64,000 nt of DNA from Raillietiella orientalis. Lineage: Eukaryota. Shown here piece after piece: positions 24,501 through 35,500 of the stretch. Numbering within the stretch: the stretch's first letter is position 1; each line of letters starts with the position of its first letter. The stretch spans positions 1 through 64,000 of the forward strand of contig JAYWIR010000050.1 in NCBI GenBank assembly GCA_036172245.1. The letters run 5' to 3'. The notes below the pieces were generated by a model, which searched no databases, was not told where the DNA came from, and was given only the letters and a program-made list of their open reading frames with translations. The translations under genes were made by a program, and so were the position numbers.

Positions 24501-26915
24501 GCTGACATCCGCGCGTCTCGAAAAGGTGCGCGCCTGCAGGAAAGTCCTGCTGTTGGCGACCCCTTCTCCAAAGCCTCGTGCAAGCCGGTGCAAGAAAAAA
24601 CGTTCACAGAACTCGCGGACTGAACTCTTTAAATGATCCCAGTCCGCGAGTTCGCGGATGACGAAGGTCCGGAGGTGCTGACGGAGATGATCCGCCGCCT
24701 CCGGATGGCTAAGCCAATCCGCCGGCATCCTCCAGTTCTTTAACGGAGGCCCCTTGCCTGGCAGAAGGAGCTCGAACTCCAACCTGTGATGGTCAGAGAG
24801 AGCGGACAACAATCTTCCTATTCTTCCCACACGAGGGTGCAGGTTTTCATCAAGGAAGATGTGATCCGGCGACCTTTTCATCTCAGGTACGCCGACCATC
24901 AAGTTGAAAGCGCGTACTGACGCGCACATCTCGATGGCCTACGTGGCTCCCTCGGGCAGTTCCAATCGTCAGAGAGCAGGTGGACGTTAAAGTCCCTTGC
25001 GACGAGGTGCGCCACTTGGGAGCCGGAGTTGTTAAGCCAGTGGCATTTCACTTCCTCAGAGAGCGCAATTCTTTCTTCGAAGTAGCGAGAGCCACTCGGA
25101 GCGTAGATATTCGTTACGACAAGATCGATGGACACGGACCACTTGACAACAAGTTGGACCACGCGTCCGTCTCCGTCAAATCGAACACTACGTACCGCTT
25201 CCGCCATTTTTCCTCTTACGAGGAACGCGTCGCAGCACGTGTGTGGGTCGCCGCACCGCCAAAGTAGCGTTCCGCCTGCGCGCTCCTCGATTTCGGCTGC
25301 CTGCTTGTCGGAGATTACGTGAATCTCCTGCAGGAGCGCGAGGTCGAAGGGGCGCAGGGCGTTCGCTACTAATCGCCTCTTCTCGTCGTTCTGTAGTCCG
25401 TTCACGTTCCAACACGTTACGGACAGACGACGAGAAGACGCGATTCCCCGCATTAATGCTGGGAAGTTTTTCACCCGGGTAAGCCGGGGCTTTTATTACT
25501 AAAATTTTGAAATCACAAAATTTTGTAACAAAGTCTATGTTGTTAGAATTTTTCCTTTTACGACGTCAGAAGTTCAGTTCAGAAGTTCAGTAGCACTTGT
25601 CCTTACCGACCCGGAGGTCGATAAGGTCCTTCACTGGCGCCGGGACGGGAAAAATAAAACAAAACAAAAACAAAAAAAGAAAAACGTCTGGAGGGCAAAG
25701 TTTTCTGGGAAGGGGGAGGGAGGGAGGGGATCACGGTGCGCTGTGAGCAGGCCTTTGCATCCGGTTTCGGATGCGAACAAGTGCTGGCAAATGTTTTTGA
25801 AGTCGGCGCCAACGGCACGCTTTCTCCAAAGAGATCGCTGCCCAGTGGATGGCATTCCGGCTGGTCCTTCCTCTCCTAGACGCGGTCCACTTCTCCAGGA
25901 TACCGCGTATGCATCAAAGCACTGCTACGCTCCCGGAGGCTGGCAAGCCGTCTCGCGTCAGAAGGCGTCTGAATAGATTTTTCGGGTCACCCTCCGGAAT
26001 GTTGAGGATCGACGAGAGTCTGTCCCACATTTCGTGGAGGGCAACAAACTCCAGAATCAAGTTGGGGAAGGTCTCCCTTTCCCCGCACTCTGCACAACTA
26101 GCATCCACATTTCCCGATGTCCAGCGAGACAGGCGTGCTCTGCTTAAAAGTCCCCAGTGGAGCAGAAGCAACGCCGTCTCCTGCCACTGCAGGGGAAGGG
26201 TGCCGTTGTCCCATGACGCTGGGGGCCACTTCACCTCCTCCGGAGGTAGAGAAGTTGGCGGCATTTTGCCCGCTTTACGCGGCAAGCGGGCGGTGAGCAG
26301 CACTGCTGAGTGGAGATCACGGTCGCCACCGTCCTCCCTGGTGCTGCACTAATTCGAGTGCTCATTTCCGCGTAACGTCGTTTGACGCTCTGGGATGAGC
26401 TCTCGCTCCTTCGCCACCTGCGCTGCGCGCCTCAGGGTCTTAGCCCGTCGCGCTACGGCTTCCGCGCGTGTGATCCAACGTGCGTCGGTGATCTCAGACT
26501 CCGTTTGGGAGTCTGATTGAAGCGCAGGCGCTTCGCGACTCACCTGCTCTGTCGGTTTGGAGGTGCACGCGAATGGAAACGCGGACACTTCCTTTTTCGC
26601 GATCACCGGAACATCGTCAATAGCGATCGCAACTTTCACGTCATTCGCGACCGCGGCGGTAGCCTTTGCAGCGGCAGAGGGAACCTTCGCGCGAGTCTTC
26701 TGCATCGCGCGACTGTTCTTTGCCTTGGAGAGGCTCTTGGAACTAGGTTGCGGTGAATTTCTGGGATATTTTATTTTTCTCCCTTTCAACGCAACCGTCC
26801 ACCAACCGTCCGTTTCTTCTGAGCGCTCCTCGACTTTCGTGAGAGACGCCTCCGAACGTTCCTACCCAACCGTGTTGGGCGCAGCTTTCGCTGCACCCTG
26901 AAAAAGCGGCGAAAG
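21549..26915 (-). mobile_element. Family D element (ORF1 C-terminus, full-length decayed ORF2 ~25453 to 21861, 3'UTR), interrupted by an insertion at 25469-26248
   Basis: ORF2 begins MRGIASSRRLSVTCWNVNG; then SDH, KAPGEDGLP, HKAFD, RQGDSLSPLLF, YADD, finger CARCGATESLPHLIMDC. Terminal motif at 21549-21580. Confidence 0.88.
25469..26248 (-). mobile_element. Family J 5'-truncated insertion with target-site duplication
   Basis: CAECGERETFPNL finger and 3' terminal motif. Flanked by GGGAAGTT (25461-25468) and GAGAAGTT (26249-26256). Confidence 0.82.
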
Positions 26916-27132
26916 CGCGGCCTACGCGACAGTTGGTAGATTGCTCCTCAACTGCCGAGTCGGTGAACTCGCTTCGCGGCTCGGAGCATTGTGCGCACGA
27001 CAACTTAATCAGTTAATTGTGCTCGTGTGTGCCCGGAGAGGGGAAGTTTCCAGACGAAACTACAAAAGAAGCGCCGAGGAGATCTCGGCGGAAGACCTGC
27101 AGTGGTCCCGTGCAGCAAGACCAGCTGCCAGG

Positions 27133-28893
27133 ATGCAGGCACATAGAGGACGAGTGGAGAGACCGTCGTCCCCCATGGAAGCCATGCAGGTAACGTGCGG
27201 CAACGGCGAGGTGGCGGCAGGCATGCCGAGGTTCGCGCCCGCGGCGGGCTTTGCTGCGCCGGCGGCGCCGATGCCAAGGGTCGTGCCCGCGGCGACGACG
27301 GCGGAGGTCGTGCCCGCGGCGAGGAAGGTCGCGCCTGCGGCGGCGATGCCGAGGGTGCCGCCCGCGGCGGTAACGGCGGCAACGTCGAGGTTTGCGCCCG
27401 CGGCGGTGGCGTCCCAGGCGGGACCCGCGGGCGTCCACGTGGTGCAGGGAGCGACGCCATCTTGTTCGGCTGCGGCGTCGCAGCCCTTTTCTTATGCGTC
27501 GGTGGCGGCTGGACAGACGAGTGTCCACCCACCTAGGAAATTCGCTAAGCCACTTAGCGGAAAAGTTCTAAAAGTGGACCGACCAATAGTCGAAATAGGC
27601 CCCAACGTGAAGCCCATTATCTTCAAGACGGGGCTAATAAAATTTAATAACATCAGGGAGGTCTATTTGTCCCTCGACAAGACGGACATAGACTTTGATC
27701 GCATTCAGACGATCATTCCATCGAACAACGGGTTCACAGTCTTTACAGACTGTGAAAACATTAGAGAGCGATTGATCCAGAAGGGGATCAATATACAAGG
27801 ACGGATGGTTTGTGGTATTGGAGAGATGCCATACACAACCGACTTTTTAAACGGCATCTCCATCCTCACACCGCAACTAGCGGTGTGGAATTACTTGGAC
27901 CAGTTTGGGGAAGTTCTGGACCTTGATTTCCAGAACTTCTCTGGAAACATATTTTCTGGCGACATGATCGCCAAGATGAAATTGAGGGAGGGAGCGGTGA
28001 TCCCTGGATTGGCCGTTATTGACGAACAATCTTAGGGAGTGAATGTGCGTTACCGGCAACAATCGGTATTCTGCACCGGGTGCAAGCAGTTCGGCCACAG
28101 AGCCGGCGCTTGCCCAACGTGTCGTTGTTTCCGCTGCGGCAAAGTAGGACATCAAGTCCGAAACTGCCCGCAGCCGGAGGTGTGCTCCTTCTGCAAGAAA
28201 CACGGACATGCGAAATGGAGCTGTCCGGAGTTTGAAAACTGCAGAAGGATTCGAAGTCTCTCTCCCGTGAGAGAGAGAAACATCAAGGAATCCGAACAGC
28301 CTCAGAAGGCAGGAAGGCAGAAAAAAGTGAAAGAAGCCGTCCCGGTGTCGGCGGACGGCTTCATAGAAGTGGGAAAGAAGGGAAAGAGGAGGATGCTCGT
28401 CAAGGAGCAAGGAACTCCTCAAATCCTGGAAGCAGCAGAGCAGGAAGGCGAGAAGATGGAGGTAGCGCAGGAAGGTGCGAAGGAAGAGAGACAGGAAGCC
28501 ACTAAAGTGTCGCAGGAGACTCTGCAGACTACGGAGGAGATGGCAACACTGGCGGAGGAGATCATGGAGGTGCAGAGAGGTCCTCAGAAAGAGAAAATCT
28601 TGCAGAAGATCTGCACTGCACAAGAGAACATCAACCAGGTGGTGGAGGTCGCTGAACGCGAGAAGTTAGAGGAACAGCTTCTCGACGTGAAGGCGAACTT
28701 TTGCGCCAAGGTCGAGATAGAGGCGCTATCTCGAAACTTGATCACGCAGGCGGAACACTCTACGGAGGAGGCGGAAATTACCGACCTCACAGGTACGGAG
28801 AGTGACGCCGGCAGCGAGAAGCCCGCTGCTTCTTCATTGTCTGGAAGAGCACGCTCTCTCAGACAGAAGAAGCTCAGGAAGGCCAAAAAATAG
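27133..28893 (+). pseudogene. Family L ORF1 (Ala/Pro-rich N-terminus, three CCHC knuckles, acidic helical tail), one in-frame TAG
   Basis: CTGCKQFGHRAGAC, CFRCGKVGHQVRNC, CSFCKKHGHAKWSC. TAG at 28033-28035 is CAG in copy 2. Confidence 0.88.
27220..27430 (+). repeat. GC-rich coding minisatellite in family L ORF1 (AGGGTCGTGCCCGCGGCG-like units)
   Basis: Imperfect units encoding RVVPAA/EVVPAA/KVAPAA. Unit number differs in copy 2 (32830-33060). Confidence 0.75.
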
Positions 28894-28906
28894 GTCTTCC
28901 TTTTTT

Positions 28907-31900
28907 ATGGCCTCTTCCCTATCGACCGCCAGGAGGATGAACATCGCCTCCTGGAACGTAAACGGTGTGGTCGACCAGGGAAAAAGAAGAAGGATTGTGC
29001 GGACCATCGCACAACAAGACATCGTGTGCCTGCAGGAGACCCACAGGATGGGTCTGGAGATAAGCCAGCGAATGGAACGGCGATTCAACTAGCAGATGTT
29101 CGTCAACGAAGGAGAACGGAACACGAAGGGTGTGGCGGTGCTAATAAAGAACCACTTAGCCCCCACTATTCTGGAAGTGTTCTGTCCCCAACCCGGACGA
29201 ATCATCGGCGTGCGACTGGCCTGGTCCGCAACTGTTCACCTTATCCTGGTGAACGTGAACGGGCCGCACAGGCTAAAACATCGTTGTGCGGAGGCGCTGC
29301 ATAAAACACTCCGGCAAAAGGTCGCCCCTAAGCACGTCGTGATTGTTGCTGGCGATCTCAACATCTTGGATGAGATCATTCATTCGGAAGACGCCAGAGG
29401 AAGGACGGCGTATCGACGGCTATCCGAGGAGATCAGACTGGTCTGGCGAACAGCAAGCCACAAGCCAATCGATCACGTCCTGCACAGCACCGAACTTGGG
29501 AACCGCATCCAGGGGTTTCGCGACACTATGACTACGGTGTCCGATCACCCCCTGGTGCGGTTTTCCCTAAGAACGGAGAATCCTCGGCGGAGGCAAGGCA
29601 CCAGGGCAGCGCTCATCAGCATGCCCGCCTGGTTCGAAACCCATCCCGGACATTAGGCTGTCCTGGAGGCGATTCTGAGAACAACAACAATCCGAAGAGT
29701 CGCCGACTGGGACAGCCTGAAACACAGGATACACCTGTTTGCGAACATGCAGTTCGGGGATAGGCGCTTGAGGCAAGAGGCGTACCGGGAGCTGAACATC
29801 CAAGATCGCTCCCTCTCAAAGTACTTCGATCAGTACGAGAGTCGGTACGTCCTCAATAACATAAAAGGAAAAGTCGGCGTGCTGGAGAAGAGAAATCTGG
29901 CAACAGATATCTTCTGCATCCAGTACGACGGCCAAAAGCGACAGTCGTCTGAGGACATCGTGGATGCCTTTCACAGGCATTACACGAAACACTTCAGGCG
30001 ACAACAGCTGTATCGCTATAGTCAACAGGCCTTCTTGAGCTATCTCGAGAAGAGGACCGACGACCTCCAGCGGAACAGACTGGAGGAGGAGTTTTCCGAA
30101 GAAGAGGTGAAGACTGCGTTTGGGCAACTTCGCAAGGACGTGGCAGCGGGCCCTGACAGTGTACCCATCACGCACTATCAGCGGTACCTGCACGCCTACC
30201 TGCGCTTGTTCCACCAGTTGACCCTCTGCATCCGGGAAGAAGGCAGACTACCTCAGTCCTTCTACGAGAGTCGAATGAAATTGCTGCCGAAAGGAAGCGA
30301 CTCTACCCAGATCGCCCAATGGAGGCCAATCTCGATCCTAAACTCCGATGCCAAGTGGTTGGCGAAGATCTGGTCCAACCGCTTAGGCAAGGTCATGTCG
30401 AGGCTGATCTCTCCGGTCCAGACATGTGCAGTCCCAGGACGACATGTGTCGGACAATGTCAAGTGTGCCCAGGCCACTGTTGGACTCAGTCGATACGTCG
30501 GCGAGAACCTGGTGCTGGTGTTCACTGACATGGAGAAGGCCTTCGACTCCATCGACCATGGGATGCTGCTGAAGGTTCTGGAGAAGCTAGGGCTTCCGGA
30601 ACACTTCAGCAACTTCGTGAGGGTGGTACTCCAGAACCAGTACTGCCGGATCAAGATCAACGGCCAGGAGACGGCAGCAATCCGGATGGAACGGGGAGTC
30701 CGGTAGGGCGATTCGCTAAGTCCGATGCTGTTCGTCATCTACATGGAGGCGTTGTCGTCCTTTATCGAGAAGAGCGGACGACTGCAAGGCATAACAATCG
30801 ATGGCCAGCGTCTTACCCATCTGGCATACGCCGATGATCTACTCTTTTTCATCAAGGGAGAGAAAAATCAGCGTGCGTTTCTGGATGTGGTGGACCTGAT
30901 GGAACAGGGCTTGGGCTTAAAAATCAATTCGCAGAAGAGCCAGCTTTTGCCCGTCGGAATACTGGATCTCTCCACTCTAACGGGTAGTGGATTCCGTACG
31001 GTGGTCACGGCCAAGTACCTGGGAGTCTACATCGGCGACGGCTCTGCGTCGAAGCTGCTGTGGAAGGAAATCCTGGGGAAAACGGCCGAGGAAGCAGCCA
31101 AGTACACCCGAACGGACCTTGGGATGAAGCGAAAGGCCAACATATGGAACGGAGTCCTCCTTCCGAAAGTGCTCTTCGGGGCGGCCTTCGCGAGGATGAA
31201 CAAGGACACTACTAGGGAGTTCGACAAGCTGCAAAGAAAAACACTCTGGGGCCACTATCGCCCAAGAGTAAAACTGAAACCCCTGTGTCGTCCCAGGGAA
31301 GAAAGCGGTTCCGGGATGAAGTCGCTTGCACATTCCATGGAAATCATGGATACGCGACACATCCTGGACATTGCCACTTACTGGGATGACTGGCCGTATG
31401 CGGCGCACAGGGCCTACGCGTTGTTGCTTAACAACTCGAAAGGCGTGATGACTGCGCTGCTAAGCAAAGTAGGGGAATGGATAACAATCGACCCGACCTG
31501 GAGGAGGAAGCAACGGCTGGTGCGGAAGCACCAAATCAAGATCGTGCCGCGAAGCAGGGAACTCTGGCAGGACGAGTCCATCCTTGTGATCCCTTGGTTG
31601 CTTCCTGTCCCTCCGGACACGAGAAGCTGGATCTACCAGCGGTCCAGAGTTACCCTACTGCAAATCCAGGTGTGGAGGCGAGGAGGCTACCTACATCAAA
31701 CACGTATACTTTGGTATACAGAGATGATGTTAGGAAGGTTTACCCACAGGACCCGCGAAGTGTGGTTCAACCACAACGACTTCGCATGGTCGAGGGTAAC
31801 CAGAACAAACCTCCGAAGGCTTATCCAAGAAAACGACCATGACACCAGTGCCCTCCAGGAAGCCACCGAACGCTACGGGAGTGAACGGTTCAACCTGTTA

Positions 31901-32425
31901 GCGATCGGCACGACGCTCTGGAGGAGTGACCTCCCGCCGGGCACCCAGGATGACCTCCTGATGTTTTATCACGGGGGAATCCAGAGTGGGTCCCGATTGC
32001 AGCACTTCACAGGAAGACGGGAAGACCGAGACTGCGCAGCATGTGGCGACGACGACACGAGACTTCACGTCTTGACGTGTCCCACACTGCTGCATGACTG
32101 GCTGATCCTGAAAAGGATCATCGGACTCACCACCAGTTCCGTAATGGAGATCCTCGCCGGGATGTTTCATGGGGATGGTAATGTTCCCTGTTACAATCCC
32201 ATGGTGAGGACGACCATAGCCCTCTTCATCACCGCCATACTTGTGCGGTGGTGGAAAATGAGGAAAGCCAGGAGAGCCGCACCACCGATGGAGATCCTAC
32301 AAGGGCTCTTGAAGAAGGAAATCGGCATCAGGAACTGCGGGAAGATCCACGCCTGGACGTACCGATTCATCCTGAAGAGGATCCAGGACGACGCCCGGGA
32401 CCATCCAGCTGGAATTCCCCCCTGA
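28907..32425 (+). pseudogene. Family L ORF2 (1172 codons; APE endonuclease, RT, zf-RVT-like finger), three in-frame TAG
   Basis: WNVNG, LQETH, GDLN, IDH, SDH, QWRPISILN, DMEKAFD, YADDLL, KYLG and CAACGDDDTRLHVLTC, all in a single frame. Confidence 0.92.
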
Positions 32426-32560
32426 AAAGCAGAACTCTAGTGCAACCCAAGGACCCCAAAGTGCAAAATGTTTGTATTGAGTGAATGAGAGTGCGAATGT
32501 AAATTTTGTATTTTTATAGAAAAATAAACTTACCCTACCCCTTGTGGGACTTGGGGAAAC

Positions 32561-35500
32561 CTGCCGAGTCGGTGAACTCGCTTCGCGGCTCGGAGTATTG
32601 TGCGCACGACAATTTAATCAGTTAATTGTGCTTGTGTGTGCCCGGAGAGGGGAAGTTTCCAGACGAAACTACAAAAGAAGCGCCGAGGAGATCGCGGCGA
32701 AAGACCTGCAGTTGTCCCGTGCAGCAAGACCAGCTGCCAGGATGCAGGCATCTGGAGGAGGAGTGGAGAGACCGTCGTCCCTCATGGAAGCCATGAAGGT
32801 AACGTGCGGCAACAGCGAGGCGGTATCAGGCATGCCGAGGATGGCGCCCGCGGCGGGCTTTGCTGCGCCGGCGGCAACAATGCCAAGGGTCGTGCCCGCG
32901 GCGACGACGGCGGAGGTCGTGCCCGCGGCGGTGACGCAGAGGATCGTGCCCGCAGCGGGGTAGGTCGTGCCTGGGGCGGCGATGCCGAGGGTGCCGCCCG
33001 CAGCGGCAACGGTGGCGAAGTCGAGGGTTGCGCTCGCGGCGGCGGCGGCCCAGGCGTTACCCACGGGCGTCCACGCGGTGCAGGGAGCGACGCCATCTTG
33101 TTCGGCTGCGGCGTCGCAGCCCTTTTTTTATGCGTCGATGGCGGCTGGACAAGCGAGTGTCCACCCACCAAGAAAATTCGGGTAGCCGCTATGCGCCAAA
33201 GTCAAAAGGTGGATCGGCCAATCGTGGAATTAGGGTCGAATGTGAAGCTTCTCATTTTCAAGACTAAACTGATCAAATTTAATAATATCAGAGAGGTGTA
33301 TCTGTCCCTCGATAAAGCGGATATCAATTTTCATCGCATACAGGCGATCATACCGGCAAATAACGGGTTCACAGTCTTCACAGACTGTGAAAATATTAGA
33401 AAGCGATTGATCCAGAAGGGGATCAATATACAAGGGAGGACGGTTTGTGGTATTGGCGAAATGCCATACACAACCGTCTTTCTGAACGGCATCTCCATCC
33501 TCACACCGCAACTAACGGTGTGGAACTTTTTGGAGCAGTATAGGGAAGTTCTGGACCTTCAATTCCAGAACTTCTCTGGAAATATATTTTCTGGCAACAT
33601 GATCGCCAAAATGAAGTTGAAAGAGGGAGCTGTGTTCCCTGGATTAGCCGTTCTTGACGAACAATCCCAGGGAGTGAACGTGCGATACCGGCAACAGCCG
33701 ATATTCTGCACCGGGTGCAAGCAGTTCGGCCACAGAGCCGGCGCTTGCTTAACGTGTCGTTGCTTTCGCTGCGGCAAAGTAGGACATCAAGTCCGAAACT
33801 GCCCGCAGCCGGAGGTGTGCTCCTTCTGCAAGAAACACGGACATACCAAATGGAGCTGTCCGCAGTTTGCAAACTGCAGAAGGATTCGAGGTCTCTCTTT
33901 CGTGAGAGAGAGAAACAATAAAGAGGCGGAACCGCCTCAGAAGGCAGGAAGGCCGAAGAAGGTGAAAGAAGCCGTCCCGTTATCGGAAGACGGCTTCATA
34001 CAGGTAGGGAAGAAAGAAAAGAGGAGGATGCTCGTCAAGGAGCAAGAAGCTCCTCTTATCCTGGAAGATGAAGAGCAAGAAGGCAAGAAGATGGAGGTAG
34101 CGCAGGAAGGCGCGGAGGAAGAAATAGCCGAAGCCACTCCGGTGTCGCAGGAGGCCCTGCAATCTACGGAGGAGCTGGCATCACTGGCTAATGAAGTCCT
34201 AGAAGTGCAGAGCGGTCGTCAGCAAGAGAAAATCTTGCAGAAGATCTGCAATCCACAGGAGAAGGTCAACCACGTTGTGAAGGTCACCGAGAGCGAGAAG
34301 CTGGAGGAAGAGCTTCTCGACGTAAAGGGGAACTTCTGCGCCAAGGTCGAGATAGAGACGCTATCTCGAAAACTGATCGCGCGGGTCGAACACTCAACGG
34401 AGGAGGCGGAAGTAACCGACCTCACCAGAACAGAGAGTGACGCCGGCAGCGAGAAGATCGCTGCTTCTTCATTGTCTGGAAGAGCACGCTCTCTCAGACA
34501 GAAGAAGCTAAAGAAGGCCAAGAAATAGGTCTTCCTCTTTTATGGCCTCTTCCCTATCGACCGCCAGGAGGTTGAACATCGCCTCCTGGAATGTAAACGG
34601 TATGGTCGACCAGGGAAAAAGAAAAAGGATTGTGCGGACCATCGCACAACAAGACATAGTGTGCCTGCAGGAGACCCACAAGATGGGTCTCGAGATTAGT
34701 CAGCAAATGAAACGGCGATTCAACAGGCAGATGTTCGTCAGCGAGGAAGAACGGAACACGCAGGGTGTGGCGGTCCTAATCATGAAAAACTTGGCCCCCA
34801 CTATTCTGGAGGTGTTCTGTCCCCAACCCGGACGAATCATCGTCGAGCGACTGGCCTGGTCCGCTACTGTTCACCTCATCCTGGTGAACGTGTACGGGCC
34901 GCACAGGATGAAACATCGTTGTGCGGAGGCACTGCATGCAGCACTCCGTGAAAATGTTACCCCCAAGGACGTCGTGATTGTGGCTGGCGATCTCAACATC
35001 TTGGATGAGATGACTCACTCCCAAGACGCCAGAGAAAGAACGGCGTATCGGCGGCTATCCAAAGAGTTCGGACTGGTGTGGCGAACTGCAAGTCACAAGC
35101 CGATCGATCACGTCCTGCACAGCACCGAACTTGGAAATCGCATCCAGGGATTTCGAGACATTATGACCACGTTGTCCCATCACCCCCTGGTGCGGTTTTC
35201 CCTAAGAACGGTAAATCCTCGGCGGAGGCAATGCACCAGGGCGGCGCTCATCAGCATGCCCGCCTGTTTCGAAACCCATCCCGGAAATCAGGCTGTCCTG
35301 GAGACTATTCTGAAGGCAACAACAATCCCAAGAGTCGCCGACTGGGACAGCCTGAAACACAGGATACACCTGTTCGCAAACATGCAGTTCCGGGATAGGC
35401 GTTTGAGGCAAGAGGCGTACCGGGAGCTGAGCATCCAAGATCGCTCACTCTCGAAGTACTTTGATCGGTACGAGAGTCAATACGTCTTCAAGAACATAAA

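Larger units (their letters stand above)
26952..32561 (+). mobile_element. Family L, essentially full-length L1/Tx1-like element (copy 1)
   Basis: 5'UTR, ORF1 with three CCHC knuckles, ORF2 EN-RT-zinc finger without frameshifts, AATAAA and terminal pseudoknot motif. Confidence 0.95.

Noticed and set aside
27220..27430. CRISPR-like or regulatory repeat array
   Set aside because: The units are imperfect, in frame and coding, with no unique spacers; the context is a eukaryotic retroelement.
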